A DNA stretch of 64,000 nt from Epithemia pelagica (GCA_946965045.2 OX337236.1:744001-808000); one strand, 5' to 3'. Shown: positions 34,007 through 45,448, counted from the stretch's first letter. Program-made: numbers and translations. The notes: generated by a model not told the origin, from the sequence alone.

Positions 34007-35606
34007 CCCATTGATCAAAGTATGGGGTCATGTCCAACGGTTTCTTCTCCACGTTGCCCTGAAAGCGTTGGGCTTGGTAGGTTGGTGCGATTTCCTCTGG
34101 CACAACAAACACTGCAGGATACGTTGTCCTTGGACCAAACAGGCCGTCAAAGTACACCTTCGCATTGTAGGCACCACTGTTTTTGAGGTCGTGAGTCGTG
34201 GCGATTGTCATTTGTAGAGGATAAGCGTTGCCGTCCGTGTGAAAATAGAAACAGTCGAAAGTGGGAAAGTTGGTTGTTGTGGGCCACAGGAGAGTCGTAG
34301 CAAAAGAGTTTTGGCCTGCAGCAATACGGATGATATTGTAGGGAACGGTTGCAGTCGAAACCGTGTTTGTCTCGATGACAACAGGTGTTCCCAGTGCTGG
34401 GACTTGCAACGAAAAGCTCGCCTTGCCACTCAAGCTTCGGACAACAAATGAACCACCTGCCTGCAGCGTCCGAATAGCATACGCTTCAAAAAGAGCTCCA
34501 GCATAACCTTGCGCGCCAGACATTGGCGCCAAATTTTGTCTTGCTTCTTTCAGCTTCGCGGCAGTTTCAGCAGCAAGTTTCTTGGCAACTAGCCGCTCGG
34601 CATAACGCGAGACGAGCTCAAATCGGGGGACTTCATCATAACTATCAACCTTCCAAAGCACTAGAGAGTGCACCATGAAATTTTCGACGGCCGTGGTTGT
34701 TGCTCGCATTGAAACCATCCTCATTTTAGCGGAAGAGTCGACATCCAGAACAGCTTCTTCTACTTTGAGCTTGGCATTGCCTTGCTCGAAGAGATATCGC
34801 GTAATACCATTCATGTAGCGAAAATTTGTTTTGACAACATCCCCTGTAACACCAATTATGGCTGCGATGGCAAGCGCCTCCTCTTCACTAAGAGCTGGCA
34901 TCGTGAAGGATTTGCGATTGGAGATGATGAACGAGTCTTGCATATTCTTCACGTACAAGCTAGGTGACGCAGCCATGATCACCGTTCCCCGGAAACCGGT
35001 TAGATTAATAGGTAAGGAACATCCATCCATCGCAATGAGAGTTGTAGTAGTCATATGCTCAGCCAGGTTCTCTTTCACTTTTCCAAACACTCCTTCCAGC
35101 ACCTTTCGACCTCCCTCCCACACTTGACAGATGGCATTTTCGTCCTCTACATTCCTAGCACTTTTTCCCGCGTGACAAAGTATCGTTTTTCCAAAATAGT
35201 TTCGAGTTCGTACCAAAAAATAGGCCAGAAAAGTGGATTTGCCGATTCCTGAAGACCCGCGAATGATGAACAGCTTCATCCTCATCTTGTCCTCTACAAT
35301 TTGAGTTGCTTTGCCTGTCGGAAGCTGTTCACCGATGGACTGTACAATGTCTTCGTAGCACGAACGAACGTAGGCTTCTTTATACCGACCAAAAGGCTTA
35401 CCAACATTCGTCAAATTCAGCGGATCGTTCTTCTGCGCGGCGCTTACAGCGTCCTCAAGAAACGACAAAGGTACGGAGTAACATTCATGGAGCGGTGCGT
35501 TCTTCGCCCTTTTCTTCGCTCTTACATCCTCGTTTTCGTAGGTTTCATTTCTATCCGTTTCTACTGTGGCAGGGACTTCGAAAGCTACACCAGAAATATC
35601 CGCCAT
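33975..35606 (-). CDS. Crinkler/RHS-like P-loop NTPase + restriction-endonuclease-fold protein (543 aa; last 9 aa derived from the LTR)
   Basis: YVRSCYEDI, Walker A IIRGSSGIGKST, IAMDG, ASPS, NGITRY, then GALFE, WPTTTNFPTFDCF, LQMTIATTH and FVVP: the motif series of CR-NTPase+REase effectors. ATG at 35606 (MADISG). Confidence 0.8.
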   Translation of the reverse strand: MADISGVAFEVPATVETDRNETYENEDVRAKKRAKNAPLHECYSVPLSFLEDAVSAAQKNDPLNLTNVGKPFGRYKEAYVRSCYEDIVQSIGEQLPTGKATQIVEDKMRMKLFIIRGSSGIGKSTFLAYFLVRTRNYFGKTILCHAGKSARNVEDENAICQVWEGGRKVLEGVFGKVKENLAEHMTTTTLIAMDGCSLPINLTGFRGTVIMAASPSLYVKNMQDSFIISNRKSFTMPALSEEEALAIAAIIGVTGDVVKTNFRYMNGITRYLFEQGNAKLKVEEAVLDVDSSAKMRMVSMRATTTAVENFMVHSLVLWKVDSYDEVPRFELVSRYAERLVAKKLAAETAAKLKEARQNLAPMSGAQGYAGALFEAYAIRTLQAGGSFVVRSLSGKASFSLQVPALGTPVVIETNTVSTATVPYNIIRIAAGQNSFATTLLWPTTTNFPTFDCFYFHTDGNAYPLQMTIATTHDLKNSGAYNAKVYFDGLFGPRTTYPAVFVVPEEIAPTYQAQRFQGNVEKKPLDMTPYFDQWVINFSRFNRG

Positions 35607-35678
35607 GGTATCTAGTGCTTCACTGGACTCCCTTCGTGTTCGTGTTGCGATTTTCGATGTGAAAGCGAGGATTTGAAT

Positions 35679-35818
35679 TTTGAATACGACCGCCACTTGT
35701 AACTTGTTTATCAAACTTGATGCCAATCATGGCCCTGCGTTCTGCCTTGTCCACATACTGAGTCGCACAACCAGCTTGGCCCCGTCGCGCAAATAATCCA
35801 TGACATCTTTGGGGGCTG
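35679..35818 (+). repeat. Helicase coding fragment (matches 39707-39771) followed by the true helicase upstream region
   Basis: tttgaatacgaccgccacttg(t/c)aacttgtttatcaaacttgatgccaatc…catggccctgc is present at both 35679-35738 and 39707-39771. Confidence 0.85.
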
Positions 35819-36000
35819 GGAGATGGGGTAATCCTGAGCAGGTCGCTACCTTACCAGTCAGATACTGACTGTGACCTATAGGATTTACCGAACGCTTTTT
35901 CTGAATAAAGAACACTCTAGCGACAAAAGATGATATACTGACTGCTAGTACTATTAAAACCCACCACCACCCGGTTCATAACCGCTACATATTTGTACTG

Positions 36001-36939
36001 CTAGTCATCTTCCACTTCGATCTGAAACACTTTCGCCTCACCATTTTCAATCTTCATCTGAACCAGATTCACCACTGCTCCAAACACCTTGTGATGCCCA
36101 TCCAGATCTCCTCTGTATTTCTCCTTTAAGATATTGTAATGTTTCAGTAAATTGTTGACAGTTTCATGTCTCGCCCTGGCATCAGCCATCATCTTGTCTT
36201 GATAGTCATTTCTTCCAGTAGGTGTGACAAAGTAGCATCCAGAATCGTTGTAACCACCATCAGCAATCACTTTCTCATTCGGTAGTAGCTCTTGAACAAG
36301 CCAGTCTCTGGCAATCCGTAGGTCTGGCCAAGCGCCACAAGGGAATGCACCATTCCACCACACTATCCAGCCAGTTTTCAGGCAGATTCCCACCTCATAC
36401 CTCACACCTGCTCCCTTAAACTTGTGCGAGTACCATTTTGGATCAAAAGGTGACGGTTCCAAAATCCTGAAGTCAGTACCATCCAAACTAATGAAACAGA
36501 CCTGTCCAGGTACACAACAATCAAACCTATTGTCCCATACAATCTGTTATAAGAACAACAGCAATGGTCAGATATGAGGAGGACGACTTCATGGCAAATT
36601 CATGTAGGGCCATGTACTTACATAATTAAGACCACTACACAACAAATTTACAAACACTTTGACCCACTTCCTGTAGGTCTTCCTCGTTGTTTTGGCTATT
36701 GAGACCATAACATCCTCTGTAGCATAGACTTTCAGAAAAGCCAATGTCCACAACAAATGACGAGGCGATGCACCTTTGGGCAATGAACTGTCCAGTTCAT
36801 CCCACACATGAACACAGAGCAAAGGAGACATTCCAAAGTAAGAACGAAAAGCACGTGAGAAATCAAGTGAGTGTGAGTGTCTTGCTCTACCAAGCATTGG
36901 CAGAGCCAAGTTGATGAATATTCGTTGTGTCACCAACAT
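36001..36939 (-). CDS. Harbinger/ISL2EU-type DDE transposase, 286 aa (exons 36939-36622, 36543-36001)
   Basis: A 78-bp phase-0 intron GTAAGT…TAACAG joins the HTH-like part (FRSYFG…HLLWTLAFLKVY…TYRKWV) to IVWDNRF…SLDGTDF, SHKFKGAGVRYEVG, IADGGY and RARHETVN (D-D-E intact). Confidence 0.9.
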
Positions 36940-37279
36940 GGTGGGAGAAAACCGCTTTGGAAAATTTGTGTTTGCTCAGTGTGTGTCGCGATGCTGACCA
37001 CACCTTTACTCTGATCTCGGTCTGTCTGTGTGTAGTACTGTCAGTTCATTGGAACAGGTTTTTTGGAATTTCATCACGTTCATTTGATTGGCTGGTCAGT
37101 TGAGCAGCGACACTAAACTTTGTACTGTTCTACATATAGTGACCAATTCGAATTCGTGTCCGGTCATTGGAACCGGCCTGGAACGGTGCAGAAATCGATT
37201 CAAAAATCGTTTTCATTCAAAAACTGGAATTTCTGAATGGCCCTACCTCGCCAACATCCTATTACTTTCTACATCTTAA

Positions 37280-37502
37280 GCGACCCACATATTGCCCTTA
37301 TCTTGGGTTAACTGTGGGTCGCTTGATTATATCATTTGAACGACTAGAAAGTGTCCTGGGTCGGTTTTGAAAAAACGACCTGGCTCGAAAAAATCGACCC
37401 AGCTCGTTTTTTTAAAACCGACCCAGGACACCTTATAAGTGCCCAATTCACTTGGACGAACGACCCACGGTTGACCCAAGGTAAGGGCAATACGTGGGTC
37501 GC
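37280..37502. repeat. Nested palindrome between the divergent Harbinger genes
   Basis: Outer arms 37280-37321 and 37461-37502 (38/42 inverted match, each arm bounded by cgacccac/gtgggtcg). Inner perfect 18-bp arms at 37351-37368 and 37414-37431. Confidence 0.85.
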
Positions 37503-37695
37503 ACTACTTTCAGAATTGGAGCCAAATTGGGCATGGCCTCCTCGATTGAAAAATGGAGTCCATGATGAAAACCGACCCAGTCCGGATTTTGGTGAACTGT
37601 TTTTAGGGTCATAATTAGTTTTCGTGCGAACAGACCAGTCTGGTTTTGCACTCCCTCGCGCTTTTGTTTTACGTACTAATAGTACCTATACTCCG

Positions 37696-38771
37696 ATGAC
37701 CAGGTCTGGCCGCAACACTTTGGGCGAGGGTGCCCTACTTTCGTGGAATTCAAAGTCAACAGATGCCGAATTCCTTGACAAAATCGTGTCAGAAGGCTTG
37801 ATTTCGGAGAGCGCCACACCCAAATCTGTGTGGTTGGAACACGCTGTTTTCCAAAAGTACAAATTGGAATCATTCAGGTCGGCACTCAACAAAGCCAAAA
37901 GAAAATACCAAGTCCACTTGAAGGATCAACATGAGAGAGAGACTGGTCATGGTCATGAGTTGGGTGGTGGTGAGACGGCCCCATCTATGGATGGAAAGGT
38001 AAGGAACCCCAATGATGGAGATCTCAAACCAGCTCCTTCTTTGTTTGGGTCGTCCAAAGGACAAGGTAAGTGCCAGTGTACACTGTTTGTTTGATTGTTG
38101 AGTCACTGTCCTTACCTGTTGTGGTTTATTGTCTTTTATGACCAGGTGTTGCTGCCAAGGTCGCTCCTGAGTCTGTTGTCAGTGACGATGCTATGGTGAA
38201 GAAAAGGGCGGCAGGATCCATGGCATTACAGGAGACACTACAGGTACAACTACAACAAAAGAGGAAAAAGACGAATGAAGAAGACAGTGGTAATGACATG
38301 ATGAGGAATTGGGAGCCTCCTCATGTCTTGACACAGTGGGTCGACGACAAGAAACAGCGTCATTTGGTGATTTTGGTGGTGTTGCCTACAGGTATTGCAC
38401 ATGAAGACACAACAAATTGCTTGATTGAAGTGGATCCGAGCCAGCTACAGGTACATGTGAAGGTAATTTGGCCTGACAACGCAACTCATATCCATTATCT
38501 AACCCAACACATGCCCAGAGAGTGGCATGTCGAGGAGAAAAACCTACGAATGAAACTTGCTTTGGAAGACGCCATGAATCAGATGCGAAAAAGAGAAACA
38601 GACTTTGTCAGGTCAAAGTTTTCTCTTTCTCTTCCTTTCATGGTCCAAAGCAGGTTCGACTACGAATTTATGTACGACACAACAAACGGATTCAGAGCGT
38701 TGTTGATTTCCCTACATGAGCCGGACGCACAATTTGAAGGCGGCATGAAGCACAAGATGGTGCGTCTGTAA
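37696..38771 (+). CDS. Harbinger accessory protein, 331 aa (exons 37696-38065, 38146-38771); possible C-terminal HSP20/alpha-crystallin-like domain
   Basis: An 80-bp phase-1 intron GTAAGT…GACCAG joins the two ORFs in frame. The C-terminus has VVLPTG…IEVDPSQLQVHV…FSLSLPFMV…NGFRALLISL. Confidence 0.75.
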
Positions 38772-39188
38772 ATTAATGTAGTATGATTTGGGGCGGTTGC
38801 AAAAACCGGGTGGTGGTGGGCCTAAATCTTTCTATTAGTTCTCTATTTGTCTATGTTCATAGTTTATGCTATAGTACATCGATTAAGCGTTCTGGTCGTG
38901 TTCCGCTTTGTAGTCAGTCTTTGCCTGGAATGACAGCGAGCTGCTCAGGATTACCCCAGCTCCCTGTGGTGAACCACAAAAAGGAAAAATGACGCGTCCG
39001 TCGACCATGATCTTTTTTCCAAGATTTCCCAACATAAGGACCAATCACAACAACCCTTAAAAATTTCCTCGTTCGACGCTCAAGTCAGAGATTTTCGTAT
39101 CGGGTAGACGAGCTGTTGGACTGCCACAAGAACTGGAACGAGCAAGACCAGTCGTCATCGTTTGCGGGTTGAAAAGAAGGTTAGCAGA

Positions 39189-42100
39189 ATGCCAGAAAAC
39201 GAGAACAAAAAGAAGAAACGAGGAGGGCGAGGAAGAGGACGAGGACGAGGAGGCCAACCCGGTGGTGGTGGAGGCGCTGGTGGTGGAAACAAGAACAACA
39301 ACAACAAATCGTCCCTCGACGTATATCATGAGAGGGCAATGGCCTTTCACCGATACATTTGCCAACATGACGACGCACGAGAGCGAGCCTCCAATCGTGA
39401 TGGTGCTCATGAAGTCTTTGTCGAGTTTTGGAAACAACAAAACCCCAACAGGACTATTGACAAACGTGAAGAACGGCATTCGGAATCCATGGTCATGGCT
39501 CGATTGCGTCAACGACGCTTGTTACGGTCCAAACGATACGACAATAATGTTCTCATGGTCTTTGCCGATGCCCAAGGCAAGTTGCCTGATGTCCAAGAAC
39601 GCATCTCGATTCGAGACAAGGTCTTGCAACAAAAGGCGGTCAGTCAACAAGACAAGTATGGAGTGTCTGTCCTGGTTCGACCGAGAGACGAGGCGCAAAT
39701 GGTTGATTTGAATACGACCGCCACTTGCAACTTGTTTATCAAACTTGATGCCAATCAATTCATGGCCCTGCTTCCCACAGACATGGCAGCAACCACCTCA
39801 TCTCATGCACCCGAGATTCAATTGGAAAGCATTACCTTGCATGGTCCGCACCGTCAACGGTACAATCTCAATGTTCCCTTTGCCTTGCCTTGGTCCTTGA
39901 CGGAGGATCCAGCCGTACGGGCTGTCACCACCACGGTCACTCCCAAACATATTTCCGTCTTGAGGTGTTCTGTCCAATGCAATTTTACCATGACAATGAT
40001 GGGAGATGAAGAGGGTGGTGCTTCTAGTAACAGCAACAACAACAAAAAGAACAAGAAAAAGAAGAATACCAACAACCAGACTACGAATCGTATCTCCTTT
40101 CACATTGCCCGCTATTTGACCACCAAGGGGACACTCAATTCCGCCATGGAACAAGCCTTGCAACCACGGAGTGAATATCAGAAAAAGGTGATTAAAAAAC
40201 GCGACAAAATTGATGTCGTTCTTCCGCCCGACGATGATGACAACAAGAAAAAATCCTCCGACAATCCCTTGGCCAAATTGCCATATGCTCATATTCCCAA
40301 GGAAATACGAGACTTGCTTGAAACGCGGGAACTGGAGCGGATCTTGGAACAACCTCATGTCGATGACAATCACATACTTCAGGGCTACAAAACGTTTTGG
40401 GAAAACTTGTTGTGGGCCAATGAACATCAAGCCCACAAGGACATCCAATTGTTTGATATGGATCAAGTTCCCTTGCAAAAAGAAGGCAGATCCTACGTCC
40501 TGACCGTTCCTGGATTGGCGGAAAATCGACCCTCGGTCTTGCGCGGCGATATGATCAGGGTGATTTTCCCGGCCAAACGCATGAATATGGGGCGTGTCTC
40601 TCAAGTCCGACTCCTCACGGCCTGTTTGACTCTTAACAAACACTTTGCCAAACAATACAATCCTTCCGTCGACAAGGTCGATGTTCAATTCAGCTTGTCC
40701 CGGACAGTCTTTCGAACCTCCCATTATGGCATGGCTCAAGCCGAAACACATCTTCAAGCACTCATGTTGCAGCCCTCCTTGACTCTTTATCAAGCTCGAT
40801 CACCGACTCCACCGCGTGTGGAACGCAAGCATCAATTTAAGTGGGCCAATCGTCTTTTAAACAAGGAACAACAAGCGGCTGTTCAACAAATTGTGTGGGG
40901 TTCAGCTCGCCCCATGCCATATTGTATTTTCGGACCACCGGGAACGGGCAAAACCAGTACCATTATTGAAGGTACGATGACGACTTGTGACACAATGGCT
41001 TTTTTTCTTGTCCCAAAAGTGAGTGTGCTCTTCCTTGTTGCTGACCCGTGTCGTGTTGTTGTGTATACGTGTGTTGTTTTGTTTTCTACAGGCGTTTACC
41101 AACTTGCCAAAGTTGTTGACAAGCTGTTGGTTGTGGCACCGAGCAACGATGCGGCGGACATTTTGGTGGATCGCGTGTCTTCGTACTTTCCTCCATCGGA
41201 ACTCAAACGTGTCTTGGCCTTTAGTCGAAGTATAGAGACTGTACCCGCCGGTATTCGGCACTACGTTGTGGAACTTTCGGAAGGAGATGGTGGTGTGGGA
41301 GGTACCGTCGGCCAAGCTTCCAAACATGCGAAATGCGACGAAATCATGCGAGGTCGTATTGTTGTAACAACTGTAAACTTGGCCGCCCGTTTGTCATGGA
41401 TGGGAATACCGCGGGGACATTTCAATGTTTTGCTGGTGGATGAAGCCGGACATGCCACGGAACCGGAAGTAATTTCGGTTGCGTCGACGCTCATGGACTT
41501 TAATCCCCAAACGAACAGTTCGAATCCTGGTCAATTGGTCTTGGCAGGAGATCCACGACAATTGGGACCGGTTGTAACTTCGGAATTGTGTCGTCGCTTT
41601 GGACTGGAAGTTTCCTACATGGAACGACTCATGAAAACCGAAGTGTACGGACGACGAGGTGGAACCAAGGCTCAGGGTGTGGGCGGAAAGGAACAAGGTG
41701 TTTTCCCCGGAGAGTTGGTGACCAAACTAGTACGCAATTATCGCTCGCATCCCGCAATTATTAAGTTGCCGAACGAAATGTTTTATGACGGTGAATTGGA
41801 GGCCAAAGCAGATTTCACGGTATCCCACAATCTTCAAAACTGGGAACATTTGCCAGCCAAGGGATTTCCCATTTTGTTTCATGGTGTCGATGGGGAAAAC
41901 ATGCGTGAGGGCAACAGTCCATCATGGTTCAATCCACAAGAGGTAGTGCAGGTTGTGGAGTATGTCAAATTGCTCATGCGAGAAACACGTCCAGCACTCA
42001 AACACGAAGATATCGGTATCATTACACCCTACCATCAACAAGCCCAAAAAATCCGATTTGCCTTGGAGTCGGAAGGCCTGTCCTCTTCGAGATCCGAAGG

Positions 42101-42679
42101 CTCCGCTGGGACCATGGGGCGTCATGGAATCAAGGTCGGCTCGGTGGAGACCTTTCAAGGACAAGAACGCCGCTGTATCATTGTATCCACGGTTCGGGCT
42201 GATGTGGAGCACGTTGCGTCCGATCTGAAATACAATCTTGGTTTTGTGGCAAACGAAAAACGGTTCAATGTTACCATTACGCGTGCGAAAGCTTTGCTGA
42301 TTGTCGTTGGTTGTCCCTCTGTCTTGGCATTGGACAAGGATAACTGGTTTCCCTTTTTGAGTTATTGCCATGAACACAAGGTACGTGCATGAATGAAGCG
42401 AATCTGGAAATCGAGTTAGTCATGCGGTTCGGAAATGCGTTCCAAGGGAGACACTCATCACTGTTCTGATTGATTGTTGGTGGATAACAGGCGTGGTTGG
42501 GCGAAGAATGGGATCCCAAGGACGTTGCCGAGAACACGGAAGTTGCGGAATTGGTGCGACAAGAGAATCTAAAAAAGAACGATAGTGAAGCTCGTCTACG
42601 AGGTGCAGGCGACGATGATGATGATGAAAATGAAGAAACTGTCGAAGAAGGCTTTGCATTTGTCAATCGGGAGGAATAG
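39189..42679 (+). CDS. MOV10: MOV10/SDE3/Armitage-like SF1 (UPF1-family) RNA helicase (exons 39189-40971, 41092-42380, 42491-42679)
   Basis: VPGLAENRPSVLRGD, LNKEQQAAV, IFGPPGTGKT, VAPSNDAAD, LVDEAGHATEPE, LAGDPRQLGPV, SYMERL, KLVRNYRSHPAI, SPSWFNPQE, IGIITPY, KVGSVETFQGQE, LGFVANEKRFNVTITRAK. Introns at 40972-41091 and 42381-42490. Confidence 0.93.
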
Positions 42680-42921
42680 GAGCCAACTTATTTTGAGTAT
42701 GCACAGGCTAAGATCCAGCTACCCCACTGAAATTGAGACACATTGTCGTCGAACCACTCCTAGTATAGTTAACTCTAAAGGACGACAGTCAACAGTACGA
42801 CGAGGAAGGTGCTCCTAGCGGTCCCAGTGCGACCACCGAGTTGTTTCATGCCGCAATGTAGCGTCGAGAATCTACGTTTTGGACAAGAGACTGATTAGGC
42901 GAGAGACAATTACGGGGATCC

Positions 42922-43025
42922 TACTTACTGCCGATTCATTCACAGTCTTTAGTAAAGATGCCTCTACCAACTTGCGCAAGAGCCCGAACAACAGGGACGA
43001 AGCCATCGACGGCGTTCTCGGCATC
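42922..43025 (+). repeat. 104-bp coding-like fragment, copy 1 (copy 2 at 46665-46768)
   Basis: LTADSFTVFSKDASTNLRKSPNNRDEAIDGVLGI vs LTADSFAVFSKEASTNLRKSPNNRDEAIDGVVGI; most differences fall at third codon positions. Confidence 0.8.
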
Positions 43026-43548
43026 ATAAATGAGACTTGTCGGTCTGTTCTTCTAACTTGATTTTGCCACTCAAAATACTTTGAAGAAAACATAAAACAT
43101 TCATTTCCAGTCCAGTGGAAGTTTCAAAATGAGTAGCGACGCATTGGTGCTGCAGATTATTGATCGCATGGCCCTGGCTCTCAATAGAATATCGTACGGG
43201 TGTTCGCCGTTGACTGGAGAAACGCCAGCTATTTCTGCATGTGTGAATCCGTGGCATGCAAGCAGGCGTTCAAGTTGCGTCTGTGTCCAATTCATTTGTA
43301 TCCATTGTGGATCTTCGAAGGTTCCATTCGGAAGACGTATTTTCTTTTTCATGTCGTAGGATCCTTTCGCCTCTATCTTGGCGAATGTGAGCCTCGAAGA
43401 AAAAAAAAACACCATTAAAAATCGCTTACTCCTTACTCCTCTAGAAGACAAGAGACAAGGTAAGTTCGCATTAATTGGAAGCCCAGTGAATGGAGTTACC
43501 TAGCATTCCGGCATCTTCTTCAGAATCCAAGACTACACTACCCTCCAA

Positions 43549-45448
43549 ATGACAATGACAACATCCACCCTTCCAATCACTGGAATGGCGACTCCTTCTT
43601 TGCCAAGCAGCCGTGTGGCAGTGATTGGGTTTGGTCCAGCCGGCATGTGTTTTTGTCATCATGTAGAAGAACGTCGACGCAAATTACTGGAACAATGTTC
43701 CGCCTACCAACCGCTCGCAAATGGTAGTGGTACCAACGGAAAACACCCACAAACGATCGAGTCGAGCGAAGCCCAAATCCAAGCCGAATTGGCCAAGTTA
43801 CCCACTGTGACATGTTTTGAACAGGCCGATGGACCGGGTGGGCTTTGGAGACCCGATCAAACGGCAACACCCGTCCAACCAGACAATGACAACGACAAAA
43901 TTCATTCGTGGACCAATGGACCCAAGGAAGCTATGGAATTTTTTGATTATGCCTTTGCCGATCACTACGGTGCGGAAACACTCGTACCCTCCTATTTGCC
44001 TCGATCAGCCATTTACGAGTACTTGCTGGCACGTGTCACCCGACATGCTCCCGATTTTTGTGAACGATACGCCCAATTTCGCACCAAGGTACTGCAAGTG
44101 TCCATTGTGAGCAACGACGACGACACCAACAGCAAGAATGGTCCCTTGTATTCGATTCGTACACAATGCGTGAAACTCATCAAGAATCCACCCATTACTT
44201 TGATCGAGTGATTTGGGCAGCAGGAACAAATAGGATACCCAAAATGCCGTCTTCCATCTGTAAGGCCTTGAAAGCCTTTACCAGGGGACCTGTGATGCAT
44301 TCCAGTGACTTGTCATGCATGAATTGGAACGTAAATATCAAAGACAAGCATGTCTTATTGATTGGTGGCTCGTATTCGGCCGAAGATATGACCTTGGCCG
44401 CGTTGAAACGGGGCGCGAAGCGAATTACGATTTTGGTGCGACATGCCGATCATGCCGTACCCGTTTTGTGGCCCTGTGCATGGCCTCAAGACGATCAAGT
44501 GGAAATTCTACAAGACATGGCCGTGGACAGCGTTGATCCTGATACACAGACCGTTCATTGTGTGTCTACATGGTTGCCTTCGGAACAGGAGGAAGTCGAG
44601 GAGGAATCGACACCTGGGAACGCCCCTGCCCATGGTTCAACAACGACACCAAGTCCTTCCACTAGTCCACGAGACCTTACCGATGTTGACACTATTGTGC
44701 TGTGTACAGGCTATACCTGGTGTTATGACGAAATGATGGATGAGACAGTGACAGATTACGGCGGGCGATCCAAAGTCGACGATAAAAGGTATAAAGCCGA
44801 TAATACCGTAACGGTGCCCGACGATTGGACAATGAAGCCTCATCCCAGTCCTTTATTCCAAGAAATGCTGGGACCTGTGCCCAACCCCCAAAGGGTGTAT
44901 GTCTCCGATTTGATGGAACCTTATTCTTATCACTGTTGTGTCAAGGTGTTGAATCCAACTCTCATGGAAGTTGATGTAGAAGAGTTCACAAGTCATATGT
45001 TGGCCATTGATATTTTTACTCACCTGCTGCTGTCCTGTATCACTGGACGAACCAAGATTCCTACGCGAGAAGAAGTGTTGGAGTATTCCCGTCAAAGAAC
45101 TATGGAGGGCCTCAATCTTCCCTATATTCGATATTGGTTGGATCCACCCTATCGACAAGCCTTGAGGAAATTCTTCCAAACCACACAAGACATGGATGAA
45201 TTACATGAGGAATTGGGAATGAGTGACCACGAAAGGAGTGAGAGCGAGTTTTATCATACTCTTTTAGCTCAAGCGGCAGCTGATGGTCACTACCCAGTGG
45301 ATTTGGGCAATTTTACCTCAGGTTTGACGGCCAAGGGAAAAGCATGTTCACTGGCAATGTAGCTGCTCCCTTCACAATGCTTTGGATGGAACTCGACGAT
45401 ACGAACAACAATGCTTTGGACTTCGTTCAACAACCGCCGCCACATTAA
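43549..45448 (+). pseudogene. Decayed flavin-containing monooxygenase (bacterial Tmm-like FMO)
   Basis: VAVIGFGPAG, FEQADGPGGLW, WTNGPKEAMEFFDY, HSSD and LIGGSYSAED are present. There is a -1 frameshift at the AAA run 44173-44175 (CVK|THQESTHYFDRVIWAAG). The C-terminal FTGNVAAPFTMLWMELDD is in another frame after 45347. Confidence 0.75.

Larger units (their letters stand above)
35819..38963. mobile_element. 3,145-bp two-gene PIF/Harbinger-type DNA transposon
   Basis: 29-bp TIR GGAGATGGGGTAATCCTGAGCAGGTCGCT (27/29 match). 3-bp TSD CTG (35816-35818, 38964-38966). The paralogous empty site is visible at ~9678-9695. Confidence 0.92.

Noticed and set aside
10057-35678. Helitron or TIR element as carrier of the CRN cassette
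   Set aside because: I could not find convincing TC/CTRR-hairpin ends, TIRs or a TSD at the homology breakpoints, so mobility remains an inference only.
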